A stretch of 38,894 nucleotides of DNA from positions 1 to 38,894 of the forward strand of contig JBEQLE010000041.1 in assembly GCA_040326155.1 (NCBI GenBank), given 5' to 3'. Position numbers and translations under genes: made by a program. The stretch is from Leptospirales bacterium (GTDB lineage Bacteria > Spirochaetota > Leptospiria > Turneriellales > JAOUFE01). Positions 9,057 through 19,683 of this stretch are shown here, piece by piece (the first letter of the stretch is position 1; each line of letters starts with the position of its first letter). Under the pieces are notes generated by a model. It saw only the letters and a list, made by a program, of their open reading frames with translations, made no database searches and was not told the DNA's origin.

Positions 9057-10406
9057 TTATTTGCTGAAATACCGGTTTGCTTCTTTAATAACAATCGGTC
9101 CCAGCAATATAAGTGCTATTAAGTTGGGAAAGGCCATTAAGCCGTTAAATATATCGGAAATTCCCCACACTATATCAAGACTACCGACCGCCCCGATTCC
9201 CGTAAAAGCTATAAAAACATAGCGATACGGCTTAATTACTTTCTCACCGAATAAATACTCCACCGCTTTTTCACCGTAGTAACACCAGCCAAGTACGGTA
9301 GAAAAGGCAAAAAATACCAGAGAGATGGCTACCGCATAATTCCCATTCGGAAGTAACGACTGAAAAGACATCGCCGTAAGTTCAGACCCCTTTACTCCGT
9401 TCATCCATTGACCTGCGGCAAGTATGACCAGACCGGTTAATGTACATACAATAATAGTATCGATAAAGGTTTGTGTCATGGATACCAGAGCCTGGTGAAC
9501 CGGCTCATCGGTTTTTGCGGCAGCTGCGGCAATAGGCGACGAACCCAGACCAGATTCATTTGAAAAAATACCCCTTGCAACACCGGTTTGAACCGTCTTC
9601 GAAATTAGCGCTCCAACCGCGCCACCTATGGCAGCGTGCGGAGTAAAGGCATAATAAAAAACATCAGAAAGTATACCGGGAATTTTATCCAGGCTCATAA
9701 ATACGATGACAAGAGCTGTTCCCACATAAAACAGTATCATAAAAGGGACGATGATCGAAGTAACTTTGGCAATACTTTTTATACCACCTAAAACCACCAG
9801 AGCAGACCCTGCCATAAAAGCCAACCCGGTGACCCACCGTGGAATTGAAAATGCTGAATGCATGGCCTCTGCTACTGAATTTGTTTGAACCGCGTTACCA
9901 ATTCCAAAAGCCGCAATACTGGCAAAAACGGCAAAGGCGACAGCCAGCCATTTCATACCAAGACCCTTTTCAATATAATACATTGGGCCGCCCGACATCT
10001 GGTTATTTTTATCGACTACACGATATTTTACAGCCAATAGAGCTTCGGCAAATTTTGTCGCCATCCCCAAAAGCCCTGTAACCCACATCCAGAAAAGAGC
10101 GCCTGGCCCGCCTACAGCGATTGCAGAAGCGACGCCGGCAATGTTACCTGTTCCGACTGTGGCAGAAAGAGCGGTCATTAAAGCCTGAAAGTGAGTAATG
10201 TCTCCGGGGTGAGCCCCTTTCTCGTTTCGCTTTATAAACGCTAGATGTAGGGCGTGAAAAAGCTTGCGAAAAGGGAGGGCGCGTAAAAAAATGGTAAAAC
10301 CTAAGCCTACCACCCCCAGTAAAATGATCAACGGCAGACCCCAGACCCAGCCACTGACCGTATTTATTCCGTCGAGAAACGATTTTAAGAATTCTTCTGT
10401 AAACAT
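9057..10406 (-). CDS. alsT: Sodium:alanine/glycine symporter (AGCS family)
   Basis: ATVGTGNIAGVA, GGPGALFWMW, GGPMYY and RGIFSNESGLGS motifs. Confidence 0.95.
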   Translation of the reverse strand: MFTEEFLKSFLDGINTVSGWVWGLPLIILLGVVGLGFTIFLRALPFRKLFHALHLAFIKRNEKGAHPGDITHFQALMTALSATVGTGNIAGVASAIAVGGPGALFWMWVTGLLGMATKFAEALLAVKYRVVDKNNQMSGGPMYYIEKGLGMKWLAVAFAVFASIAAFGIGNAVQTNSVAEAMHSAFSIPRWVTGLAFMAGSALVVLGGIKSIAKVTSIIVPFMILFYVGTALVIVFMSLDKIPGILSDVFYYAFTPHAAIGGAVGALISKTVQTGVARGIFSNESGLGSSPIAAAAAKTDEPVHQALVSMTQTFIDTIIVCTLTGLVILAAGQWMNGVKGSELTAMSFQSLLPNGNYAVAISLVFFAFSTVLGWCYYGEKAVEYLFGEKVIKPYRYVFIAFTGIGAVGSLDIVWGISDIFNGLMAFPNLIALILLGPIVIKEANRYFSK

Positions 10407-10561
10407 TATTATTCCTTAGACAAGGATTGTTTATCACCCCGTTTTGTAAACTTTTTATGTTTTACAATCTGTGTTGATATCGTCACATAAAAAACAAGTA
10501 TCTAACTTAATTTTAGCCCTGTTTGATGCCGATAATGTATCAAATGGATACGAGGAGAATT

Positions 10562-11254
10562 ATGAAACCTTTAAAAAAGAAAGCACTCACATTTTTATCA
10601 CTATTTATCGCAGGGTCACTATTCCTGTCGGTGTACGCTCAAGATGACAAACTGCAAAGTTCACAACAAATGCAAGACGAAAGCAAGACCTTAAATGTCA
10701 AAATTGTAGAGTACAGCAAACTATTGAGCGAATTTAACAGTTTAACAAAAGAGCCAGTGAAAATTACACCTGCACAGACCAAATTTTTTAAAGGCAACGA
10801 TTATATTGAACTTGAAAGTTACCTGTTTATACAAGAAGGGTTAGGTTCTACAAAAGTAGTCGGAAGCAAAGTCACTAAAATGCGGCTGTATTTTAACGGG
10901 GGCGACAGTGGTGGTGAACTTTCCAAAATCATAACAGAAATAACAATGAATGACTTCAAAGAAAAAACTGTATACTACCATAAAATTACAGACCCCTCGC
11001 CGGCCACCGAAGATACCGACGATATAATTATAAATGAGAAAGTCGACGGCTACGAGGAAACGGAAACAACACTTGGTCAGTACGATTTGACAATAAGTAA
11101 CCCTAATAGAATCAAATTTAAACGTGAATTCTACTTGCCTCTTTTGGTAGATTTTGAGCGCCTGTTTCGCTACACCGAAAACTACCAACGGATGTACGGT
11201 TCAAATAACAATTACGAAACTATTGAGTTACTGAAACACTCACAAAACTATTAA
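10562..11254 (+). CDS. FcpB-like periplasmic flagellar sheath/coiling protein
   Basis: GAGGAG RBS, signal peptide ending VYA-Q. Motifs LSKIITEI, ITDPSP..DDIII, RIKFKREFYLPLLVDF and LLKHSQNY resemble Leptospira FcpB as recalled. Confidence 0.6.
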   Translation: MKPLKKKALTFLSLFIAGSLFLSVYAQDDKLQSSQQMQDESKTLNVKIVEYSKLLSEFNSLTKEPVKITPAQTKFFKGNDYIELESYLFIQEGLGSTKVVGSKVTKMRLYFNGGDSGGELSKIITEITMNDFKEKTVYYHKITDPSPATEDTDDIIINEKVDGYEETETTLGQYDLTISNPNRIKFKREFYLPLLVDFERLFRYTENYQRMYGSNNNYETIELLKHSQNY

Positions 11255-11312
11255 TAAAAAATATTTATTGCGCCGGGGAGACTGTTTTAATAAATGAAAC
11301 TATCTACCCGGT

Positions 11313-12428
11313 GTGGAAAATAGCAAACAAATATCATTAGATCTGGAGCTGCGCGCGTGGCGAGAAATGGCGAATACCTTGGAGTATCCCGTTTTTATCA
11401 TAAATTCGCGTCGTAAAATCGTAAATTATAACAACAAAGCTGACGCGTTACTCGAAAGCTCCCAGCATAAATCGACATTATGCCACAAAATGATTTATGA
11501 CCGGAACCAAATTTGCGAACATTGCACTGTTTTTTCCAAAAATCAAGATTTTGAATCTCTTTATAATGCCGGTTTTAATACGTCAAAAACGCTATTAAAT
11601 GATAAAACAGTAGTCGCCAACAAATATCGTCCTTACTCACGCCATATTATTAAAAGTCAAACGAATGATTTTTATCTAATTGAAGGTATAAAGCAAGATG
11701 AAAACCGAGCAGAGATACAGGAACGTTTAATCACTATGGGAGCGATTTCACTTACACTCGCCCACGAGATTTCTAATCCGATTACCGGTTTAAACCTCTC
11801 TGTTCAATCGCTTCATAACCTTCTGGCAAGAGAATCCGGCGATACACGAGATAAAGTTCTACAAATTGCCAAGTTGATTGAACAAGATATACAGCGCGCT
11901 TCAGGAATTATAGTTGATATACAAAACTATAGCAAACCTTTTTCATATTCTGCTAAACTGACAAATGTGTATCAAACGCTGAAAATTGCCCTGGAAGCCT
12001 CTTTAAGAATTAAACCCATGCTTATTCCCGAGATAGTCTGGAAATGGCAGGTTCCAGAAGCAGTGTGTGTCATTGGTAACCGAAGAAAGCTGGAACAGGC
12101 TTTTATAAATCTATTTAACAACTGCCTCGAAGCATTTATACTTATTCAAAAGGAAGCACCGGAAGCGCCTAAACTGGAAATTCATGCCGAAAAAATTGCA
12201 GAGGGAGCTGATAAGGGCCATATTCAAATTCATATTCTCGATAATGCTGGCGGTATCAATAATGACAATTTAAATAAAATATTCTCGCCATACTACTCAA
12301 CAAAAACAGACCATACCGGAATGGGCCTTTTCATTGTCCAAAAGATTATGAATGAACATGGGGGTAAAGTACAGCACACCAGCCATGGGCAAAGTACAGT
12401 TGTGGAAATTATTTTACCTGAAGCGTGA
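11313..12428 (+). CDS. Sensor histidine kinase with N-terminal PAS-like domain
   Basis: H-box LAHEISNPI, N-box QAFINLFNN, DNAGGI, TGMGL. Confidence 0.92.
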   Translation: MENSKQISLDLELRAWREMANTLEYPVFIINSRRKIVNYNNKADALLESSQHKSTLCHKMIYDRNQICEHCTVFSKNQDFESLYNAGFNTSKTLLNDKTVVANKYRPYSRHIIKSQTNDFYLIEGIKQDENRAEIQERLITMGAISLTLAHEISNPITGLNLSVQSLHNLLARESGDTRDKVLQIAKLIEQDIQRASGIIVDIQNYSKPFSYSAKLTNVYQTLKIALEASLRIKPMLIPEIVWKWQVPEAVCVIGNRRKLEQAFINLFNNCLEAFILIQKEAPEAPKLEIHAEKIAEGADKGHIQIHILDNAGGINNDNLNKIFSPYYSTKTDHTGMGLFIVQKIMNEHGGKVQHTSHGQSTVVEIILPEA

Positions 12429-12437
12429 CACCTTATT

Positions 12438-13475
12438 ATGAATGAACCAACGAAAATGAATACCCGAAAAGCGCGTATATTACTTGTTGAAGACGCCGAG
12501 TCAATTCTATTGACAATTCATGACTACCTCATGGAGGAGTTCTGTGTAACAACGGCGCGAACCATTACTGAAGCGAAAGGCCAGATTGACCAGTCTATAA
12601 AAGACAACCAGCCTTTTGATCTACTTGTTACCGATATACGTTTGCCGGACGACACCGGGTTTGAGCTGGTGAAATTAATAAAAAAAGTAAGTCCAACAAC
12701 TAAAATATCGCTGATTACTTCTTATGAGATCAACCGTTTTATTGACTTTATTTATGAGCATGAAATTGACCAGGTTTTTACAAAACACTCCAACTTAAGT
12801 TTGCATGACATTAGAGTGATGGCCCGAAAGACAATTACCGGCGATATTTTCGGTGTCGAAAAGTATTTTGACAAAATTGAAATATTCTACCCATCCGAGA
12901 TGAAAGATGTTACAAAACCCGAGAACCACCAGCTGTTCAGTGTAACCATTAAGTCTACCGAAGACAAAGTATACTGGATGAATGAGGTCTCTAATATTTT
13001 AGAAAAAGAGCGGAAGATGCCGTTGCCGGTAGCCAAATTGATTCTGGACGAGTTGCTGACAAACGCGATCGTTCGAGCGGCCCGACATGAAGACGGCTCT
13101 TTTAAGTACCAGCACCGCCATGGAGATAGCGATATTCTCGTTCCCAAAGATAAAATTGAGCTCGCCCCCGAAGACTACGTTATTTTACAATATGGTTATT
13201 ACGATGACTGGGTGATCATTACCTGTAAAGACCCTCACGGAACGCTTCGTAAAAAAGAAGTTTTATACCGTTTGCGCCGACACATTGCTGTGAATCCGCA
13301 AAGCGCTTTGCCTGAGGGAATTGCCGACTCGCATGGTCGCGGTATTTTTTTATTGCGCGAACACCTGACCTACTTAATTTTCAACATTCAAAAAAACATA
13401 AAAACGGAAGTGCTTGCGTTTTACCACCCCGGCCAGGATACCCCATACAAAAATATTTCTGTGTACGAAACCTGA
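12438..13475 (+). CDS. Response regulator with C-terminal HATPase (RsbW-like) domain
   Basis: REC motifs LLVED and DIRLPDDTG; C-terminal DELLTNA and HGRGIFL. Confidence 0.85.
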   Translation: MNEPTKMNTRKARILLVEDAESILLTIHDYLMEEFCVTTARTITEAKGQIDQSIKDNQPFDLLVTDIRLPDDTGFELVKLIKKVSPTTKISLITSYEINRFIDFIYEHEIDQVFTKHSNLSLHDIRVMARKTITGDIFGVEKYFDKIEIFYPSEMKDVTKPENHQLFSVTIKSTEDKVYWMNEVSNILEKERKMPLPVAKLILDELLTNAIVRAARHEDGSFKYQHRHGDSDILVPKDKIELAPEDYVILQYGYYDDWVIITCKDPHGTLRKKEVLYRLRRHIAVNPQSALPEGIADSHGRGIFLLREHLTYLIFNIQKNIKTEVLAFYHPGQDTPYKNISVYET

Positions 13476-13502
13476 TTACGAAACCTAATAAAGTTTTATG
13501 AG

Positions 13503-14570
13503 TTACGATTGATTCTTAAGGCAATTTTCTATCTCAGCAATTATTTTTGCGACGCCACTGGCAAAAGGACCCTTTTGAAAAAGACCCGCTGCATTTCGAT
13601 GGCCTCCCCCGCCAAATTTTTGCGCAATTTCAGAGACATTGACATCACCAACAGAACGTAGAGAACATTTCAAATCTTTTTCGGGAGTTTCCGTTATAAA
13701 CGCTGAAATTTCTACCCCTTCCACAGCAAGAAACTGATTTACAAGCCCTTCTGTCGGGGAATCGCCCAGCTTTAAACCTTTAAACATACTCTGGCGGGCA
13801 CAAGCCACTGAGTATCCTATTTCTTTATTGAATACAGCTTTGTTCATGATTCGCCGGGTAAACTCAAGCCGGTCAAAAGGGAAAAACTCAAAAATCGACC
13901 GGTATATTTTGTCAGTGGAAATACCAAAACCGATTAATTCTCCTGCGGCCAGGTGGGTGCGAAAAGAAGTTTTACTATACCGAAAATTCCCCGAATCAGC
14001 AGATATTCCTGTGTATAGAGGTATGGCGGCTTTTTTGGGTATATCAATGTTCAAGTAATGATAAAGGTCCCACACCAGTTCGGCGGTCGCTGCATAGGAT
14101 GTATCTACCATATATCGTATGTTTTTCGGCATCGGATGATGATCAATTGTCAGATAATCGAGTTCTTTCGATTGAAAGAAATTTACAACTTTTTCGGAGC
14201 GACGAATCTCCGAACTATCAATAATAAGAACCAGGTAATCTTTTAAATTTTTCTTCTCCAGTTCCTCACGATGTTCGTCAATATTATAGATGTTCACACC
14301 ACTGGCAATAAAAGCCATAGATTCGGGAACTCTTTCATTATTTACAATAATTGCTTTCTTTTTCAGCAGTTTAAATAGATGTAAAAGACCAATTTCACTG
14401 CCCAACCCATCAGGATCGGCGCCCGTATGAGTCGTTAAAAGAAATTTGTCGTGTTTTAAAATAACTTTTTTAATGTCTGATAATACCGCAGCCGACGGTT
14501 TGTAATTTTTTAATAACTGTTTTGTTAACTGTGTCGAAATTTGAACGACTTCTTTTTCATTTTTACCCAT
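13503..14570 (-). CDS. nrnA: DHH family nanoRNase/pAp phosphatase
   Basis: DPDGLGS, IDHH, DSGNF, SLRS and GGGGHRNAAG motifs. Confidence 0.92.
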   Translation of the reverse strand: MGKNEKEVVQISTQLTKQLLKNYKPSAAVLSDIKKVILKHDKFLLTTHTGADPDGLGSEIGLLHLFKLLKKKAIIVNNERVPESMAFIASGVNIYNIDEHREELEKKNLKDYLVLIIDSSEIRRSEKVVNFFQSKELDYLTIDHHPMPKNIRYMVDTSYAATAELVWDLYHYLNIDIPKKAAIPLYTGISADSGNFRYSKTSFRTHLAAGELIGFGISTDKIYRSIFEFFPFDRLEFTRRIMNKAVFNKEIGYSVACARQSMFKGLKLGDSPTEGLVNQFLAVEGVEISAFITETPEKDLKCSLRSVGDVNVSEIAQKFGGGGHRNAAGLFQKGPFASGVAKIIAEIENCLKNQS

Positions 14571-14652
14571 AGAAAACTAAAAAAAGTTTATGTACAGTGC
14601 AAATCATTTTTCTTCTTTTAATTCAATAGATGAAAAAAAGTGGTGTTCTATA

Positions 14653-15501
14653 ATGACTATTGCTGAAACCCTGCAAAAAGCCAGGGCAATTCTGGCAGAA
14701 AATGGTATCGAGAACCCTGGTCTCGAAAGCCGAATACTTTTAGCGCATGTGTGCAATGTTAATCTTGGCGGAATAATTTTAATAGATCATAAAACGCTTC
14801 GTAAAAACGACAATCAAAAATATTTCGACTTCATTGAAAAACGTACAACAAAATACCCTGTCGCTTATTTAACCGGTAATAAAGAGTTCTTTTCCATAGA
14901 TTTCAAGGTAAATTCATCTGTGTTAATTCCACGCCCCGAGACTGAAGAGTTAATTGAATGGGTTATGGAACAAAACCTGCCTTGTGAGCGAATGCTCGAT
15001 TTATGCGCTGGAACAGGGTGTGTCGGCATTGCATTGGCGTTGAATTATCCTGTTAAGACGTTACGTTTAAGCGATCGATCTGAAGAAGCGCTCGAAGTGG
15101 CAAAATACAACGCCAAAAATCTTTTTCTAAAAAAAACCGATTTAAACTGGGCTACCATACAAAGTGATTTAATGAATAATATTCGAGAACAATTCGATTT
15201 AATTGTGACAAACCCGCCCTATGTTTTACCCGATGAATATAAAGACCTGTCCGATGATGTTCGAAAATTCGAACCGAAAATTGCTTTAGTTGTAGAGGAC
15301 TACAAAAGCTTTTTTACCCGTTTGCTGGAACAAACTTATGAAGGTCTTTACTCCGGCGGTTCCCTGTTCATAGAAACAAACCCTCTTATGGTCAGTCAAA
15401 CATTACTCATTATGAAAGAGATCGGTTTTACCGGGGTTGAAACCCGCAGAGATCTATCTGGAAAACTACGTTTTATAAAAGGACAAAAACCGAAAAACTA
15501 G
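14653..15501 (+). CDS. prmC: Release factor glutamine methyltransferase
   Basis: PVAYLTG, VLIPRPETE, DLCAGTG and NPPY motifs. Confidence 0.95.
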   Translation: MTIAETLQKARAILAENGIENPGLESRILLAHVCNVNLGGIILIDHKTLRKNDNQKYFDFIEKRTTKYPVAYLTGNKEFFSIDFKVNSSVLIPRPETEELIEWVMEQNLPCERMLDLCAGTGCVGIALALNYPVKTLRLSDRSEEALEVAKYNAKNLFLKKTDLNWATIQSDLMNNIREQFDLIVTNPPYVLPDEYKDLSDDVRKFEPKIALVVEDYKSFFTRLLEQTYEGLYSGGSLFIETNPLMVSQTLLIMKEIGFTGVETRRDLSGKLRFIKGQKPKN

Positions 15502-15509
15502 ATTTAAAA

Positions 15510-18500
15510 TTAGTCTTTCTTGTAAACCCACTCATGTATAGCCGCAATTAAATCGTTTATTTTATAGGGTTTCGTTATAAATGCATTCATACCGGACGCA
15601 AAAGATCTTTCTTTATCTTCCTTGAAGGCGTTAGCCGTTACAGCAATAATCGGAATTGTCTTAGATATCTCTTTACGTATGACTTCGGACGCTTCAAAAC
15701 CATTCATACGCGGCATTTGAAGATCCATGAATACAATGTCGAATGCTTTCTTTTTCAACATCTCTACAGCCTCTTCTCCATTTTCTGCAATAGTAATTGG
15801 GTAACCTTTATTTTCCAAAGCTGTTTTTACTAACAGCTGGTTTACCTCATTATCTTCAGCGACCAGAATATTAACTTTATCGCTCTGCTTTTGCAACAAG
15901 GCCTTCTCTTTTAAAAGTTTGTCCTTTCCACCAACAATCAATTCGGCTTCCTTGCCTTGAGTAAACATACCACCCATGATATTTAAAAATGTCTCATACT
16001 TTATTTTTTTAGATATATATTCATCGATCTCTTTTGAATACCCCAGAATAAACTCTTCCTTAAACTCCGGAGGTATAATACAGGCTATTTTTATTCTGTT
16101 AATTAATCCCTCATAGGTCAGCAAGATATCTAAAACACCTTTCACATCAGACAGGTTCGACGAAACAAGCAAACAAAAGTCATATTTTTTCTGGGTTAAA
16201 GCAGTCGGCCCTTTTTTTAAGGATGTTATTATGTCATAAGAGATGTTGGAAGCTTTAAAATATTCCTCTACCCAATCGGCTAAATTATTGTTAAAATCAA
16301 AAATAATAGCGTTTACCTTCAACTCTTTCAGGCTTTGCTCCAGCATCGCCGTTCTCTCCACATTCACTTTAGCGCGCACGGTAAACCAGAATAACGACCC
16401 TTTTCCTCCTGTTTTCCCAAGATACTCCGTAGGCGGACATTCCACGCCTATGTCACCGCCCATTTGACGCGACAGTTGTTTAGAAATCGTTGTACCCAGA
16501 CCGGTTCCGCCAAACTTTCGCGTAGTAGAGCTGTCTTCTTGTGTAAAACTCTCAAAAATTAAATCTTTTTTATCATCGGATATGCCGATACCCGTGTCAA
16601 TGACCGAAAACTTTAACTCTATTTCATTTGCATGTGAATATCGATTCGTTGCACATATTCGCAATACAATATGACCTGACTCCGTAAATTTCATGGCATT
16701 TCCCAGGAGGTTCACCAGAATTTGTTTAATACGCTGTGCATCGCACGTAATATTATCTGGAACATTGGAATCTATATCCAGTCCCATTTTTAAGTCGTTT
16801 TCTTTAGCCTCATAAAAAAACAGATGGAGGGTAGATCGAATAATTCGACGAAGTTGAAAATTGTAAGGGTTGAGTTGCAGTTTCCCGGCTTCAATTTTGG
16901 AAAAGTCGAGAACTTCATTAATCAGACTCAACAAGCTCTCTCCTGACGATTTTATTATATTCAAATACTCACGTTGTTTTAGATTTAATTCTGTATCGAG
17001 AGTTAAATCGGCCAAACCTAAAACAGCATTCAAAGGGGTCCGAATTTCATGACTCATATTAGCAAGAAAAGTACTTTTTGCCTTGTTGGCCTTTTCCGCC
17101 TCTTCCTTTGCATTTTTCAATTCTTCTACCGTTTTCTTTTGTTCCGTAATATCCGTACGAATGGATATATACTCATAAGGTTTTCCAGTCTCGTCTATAA
17201 AGGGAACAATAGTTGAAAACACCCAGTAAGCTTCGCCATTTTTAGTGCGATTTTTAATCTCACCCTGCCAGATTTGACCCGAGGAAATTGTACTCCAGAG
17301 GTGTTTAAAAAATTCACGCGAGTGAAAACCGGAGCGAATTACTTTATGGTTTTTACCCAGCAAATCTTTTCTTTCATAACCGGAGACCTCTAAGAACTTA
17401 TCGTTTACATATGTAATATGCCCTTCTAAATCTGTTACGGCGACAATGGCATGCTCGTCCACTGCATCTTGCATAACTTCCAGATTTTTTATGGCTTTAC
17501 GTAATTTTTGCTCCGCTTTTTTTCGCCATGTTATATCAATAGCGGTAATAACAATCTGGTTCACATCTCCATTGTCATTAATAAACGGGTGTAAATGGGT
17601 TTCCATAAAATTTTGTTCGCCGTTTTCATCAATGTACTCTTGTTCAAATATATTAGAACTTTTTGTTTTCTTTACCAGCTCAACGACTCTAATGTATTCC
17701 TTGAAAGTCAAATTATCAATATCGCTTTCAAATAGATTTTTAAAATAGACTTTTTGCCGGTGACTTCCAGCAATTTTATTTGTGTGACGAATAGTAAAAC
17801 CATCTGCATCAACAACAAATAACGCATGAGGATATGCGTCCAGAATGGTCTGTAAATAGTTCTTTTGGTTTTCAAGCTCTAAATTTATTTCAACCAGGTG
17901 GGTAATATCACGAATAAAACAATATTGCAATAGTTGATCGCCTTCGTAATAAGTTTTACCAATAACTTCTATTGGAATTGTACTCCCATTTTTTTTCTCA
18001 CCTTTGGCTTCGAGTGAAAATTCTTCATACAAAAATAATTTTTTTAGAAAACGGTTCTTATTGGAAGTGGTTATTATATACGCTAGATCGAGGTTGATGA
18101 TTTCGCTGCGGTCATAACCAAATAAAGTTATAAATGTATCATTCACATCGATTACACGACCACTATCGTGCATTATAATGGCATAGAATTCATTATCGAA
18201 TAAATTTTCAATTTTCGATTGCTTATTACGTAATATCTGCAACTGTGCATGCATCTTGTCTAAATCCATGCGTTTCAATTTTGTAAACGAATATGTTAGA
18301 AAAAATACCGCGTTTAACATTAAAATGACGGGAATAATGGCAGCAAATTCAACACGATTGGTAACTACCGGAAGGGCTAGAATAAAGGCTTCATGAAGAA
18401 TTATCAATGTAAAAGATGCGTAGATCGGTAAAAAAAGATTTACCAGGAAAAAGGTTACCGCCTGCCAATATAGAATATTTACAATAACATAACTAGATAA

Positions 18501-18734
18501 GCCAAAATAGAAAATAGCAAAGTATGGAACCACAGAAAATATCAGCAGTTGAAAAAAAATCAGTCCAACCGTTCTATTTTTTTTCGGTGAAATCGAGTTA
18601 TAAACTAGAAGCTCTAATGGATTCCAAAGATATCGATCTAAAATCGTTTTTTGACTTTTTTGCAATTTATCTGGCAAATCGTTTCTCCTGTCAGTTTTCC
18701 CGAGCAAACTATTTTCTTGTTGAAAGATGTTCAA
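15510..18734 (-). CDS. Membrane hybrid sensor kinase (TM, about 3 PAS, HisKA, HATPase, degenerate REC, REC)
   Basis: FLANMSHEIRTPLN, NLLGNAMKFT, GGTGLG, FMDLQMP and KPY motifs. Confidence 0.95.
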   Translation of the reverse strand: MNIFQQENSLLGKTDRRNDLPDKLQKSQKTILDRYLWNPLELLVYNSISPKKNRTVGLIFFQLLIFSVVPYFAIFYFGLSSYVIVNILYWQAVTFFLVNLFLPIYASFTLIILHEAFILALPVVTNRVEFAAIIPVILMLNAVFFLTYSFTKLKRMDLDKMHAQLQILRNKQSKIENLFDNEFYAIIMHDSGRVIDVNDTFITLFGYDRSEIINLDLAYIITTSNKNRFLKKLFLYEEFSLEAKGEKKNGSTIPIEVIGKTYYEGDQLLQYCFIRDITHLVEINLELENQKNYLQTILDAYPHALFVVDADGFTIRHTNKIAGSHRQKVYFKNLFESDIDNLTFKEYIRVVELVKKTKSSNIFEQEYIDENGEQNFMETHLHPFINDNGDVNQIVITAIDITWRKKAEQKLRKAIKNLEVMQDAVDEHAIVAVTDLEGHITYVNDKFLEVSGYERKDLLGKNHKVIRSGFHSREFFKHLWSTISSGQIWQGEIKNRTKNGEAYWVFSTIVPFIDETGKPYEYISIRTDITEQKKTVEELKNAKEEAEKANKAKSTFLANMSHEIRTPLNAVLGLADLTLDTELNLKQREYLNIIKSSGESLLSLINEVLDFSKIEAGKLQLNPYNFQLRRIIRSTLHLFFYEAKENDLKMGLDIDSNVPDNITCDAQRIKQILVNLLGNAMKFTESGHIVLRICATNRYSHANEIELKFSVIDTGIGISDDKKDLIFESFTQEDSSTTRKFGGTGLGTTISKQLSRQMGGDIGVECPPTEYLGKTGGKGSLFWFTVRAKVNVERTAMLEQSLKELKVNAIIFDFNNNLADWVEEYFKASNISYDIITSLKKGPTALTQKKYDFCLLVSSNLSDVKGVLDILLTYEGLINRIKIACIIPPEFKEEFILGYSKEIDEYISKKIKYETFLNIMGGMFTQGKEAELIVGGKDKLLKEKALLQKQSDKVNILVAEDNEVNQLLVKTALENKGYPITIAENGEEAVEMLKKKAFDIVFMDLQMPRMNGFEASEVIRKEISKTIPIIAVTANAFKEDKERSFASGMNAFITKPYKINDLIAAIHEWVYKKD

Positions 18735-18776
18735 TTTGATGTAATTTGTCTACTCTTTTAATATTGACTCACGGAA

Positions 18777-19403
18777 ATGTTATGTAAAACAGTATCTGTG
18801 ATACCCGAAAATATAGAATTCATACTGGCTTCGGCCTCAGCTCGTCGTTCCGAGCTCTTAACTCAAATGGGGGAACTTTTTACGGTTAAACCGGCTAACT
18901 GTGACGAAACGGTAGAAACCAGTGGCTCCATTCGTGAAAATGCTGCAAGATTGGCCAAAAAGAAAGCAGATTATATTGCTGATCACATAGATAAGCCTTC
19001 GCTTGTAATCGGAGCCGATACCCTGGTTTCTGTCGATGGAAAAATTCTGGGCCAACCGAAAAACCGTGAACATAGCGTTCAAATGTTAAAATTGCTCTCC
19101 GGTAAAATTCACGAAGTAACTACAGGTGTCTGCCTGGTCGGCATTCTTCCGAATTATTCTAAAAGCTTTTATACCACCACCAAAGTTGAATTTAATATTC
19201 TATCTGATGAAGAGATTGAACGATATGTAAATACAGACGAACCTGCGGACAAAGCCGGCGCTTACGCCATTCAAGGAAAGGCCGCCGTGTTCGTAAGAGA
19301 AATTCACGGGGACTATTATAATGTTGTCGGCCTCCCCCTGTCAAAACTATATCATGAGTTAAAACTCTATTGTAAGTACCTGAAAACAATACAACCCGCT
19401 TGA
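18777..19403 (+). CDS. maf: Maf family nucleotide pyrophosphatase
   Basis: ILASASARRSELL, GADT, DKAGAYAIQG and NVVGLP motifs. Confidence 0.95.
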   Translation: MLCKTVSVIPENIEFILASASARRSELLTQMGELFTVKPANCDETVETSGSIRENAARLAKKKADYIADHIDKPSLVIGADTLVSVDGKILGQPKNREHSVQMLKLLSGKIHEVTTGVCLVGILPNYSKSFYTTTKVEFNILSDEEIERYVNTDEPADKAGAYAIQGKAAVFVREIHGDYYNVVGLPLSKLYHELKLYCKYLKTIQPA

Positions 19404-19683
19404 TTATTTTGCTATATTTGTGCCGTGTCTGTTTAATTTGTTCCGCTAGCCGTCGGCTAGCCAACGGCTAGTGCTTCACAAATTCAAGCGGAAACGCCAC
19501 TCGAAGTGCCTTTTGCACTCAGAGTCTATGACTTAGCTGCCTCTGGATAAGGTTTTTATTGAATAATAAAATAACTTATTATCCAGACACAGCACTAGTG
19601 ACAAATTTGTCACCTGAAAAACATAATAAAAACTTTACAAATCGATACGATTATAAACCCTTAATGTAAGCAGGTTTAAACTT

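Noticed and set aside
10407..10520. Glycine riboswitch upstream of the Ala/Gly symporter
   Set aside because: The region is short and AT-rich and lacks the GGAGA..CCGAAG..CTCAGG motifs.
19500..19555. SAM-I riboswitch (minus strand CTTATCCAGAG)
   Set aside because: The downstream GCAACC/GTGC..ATTCC core is absent and no sulfur-metabolism gene follows.
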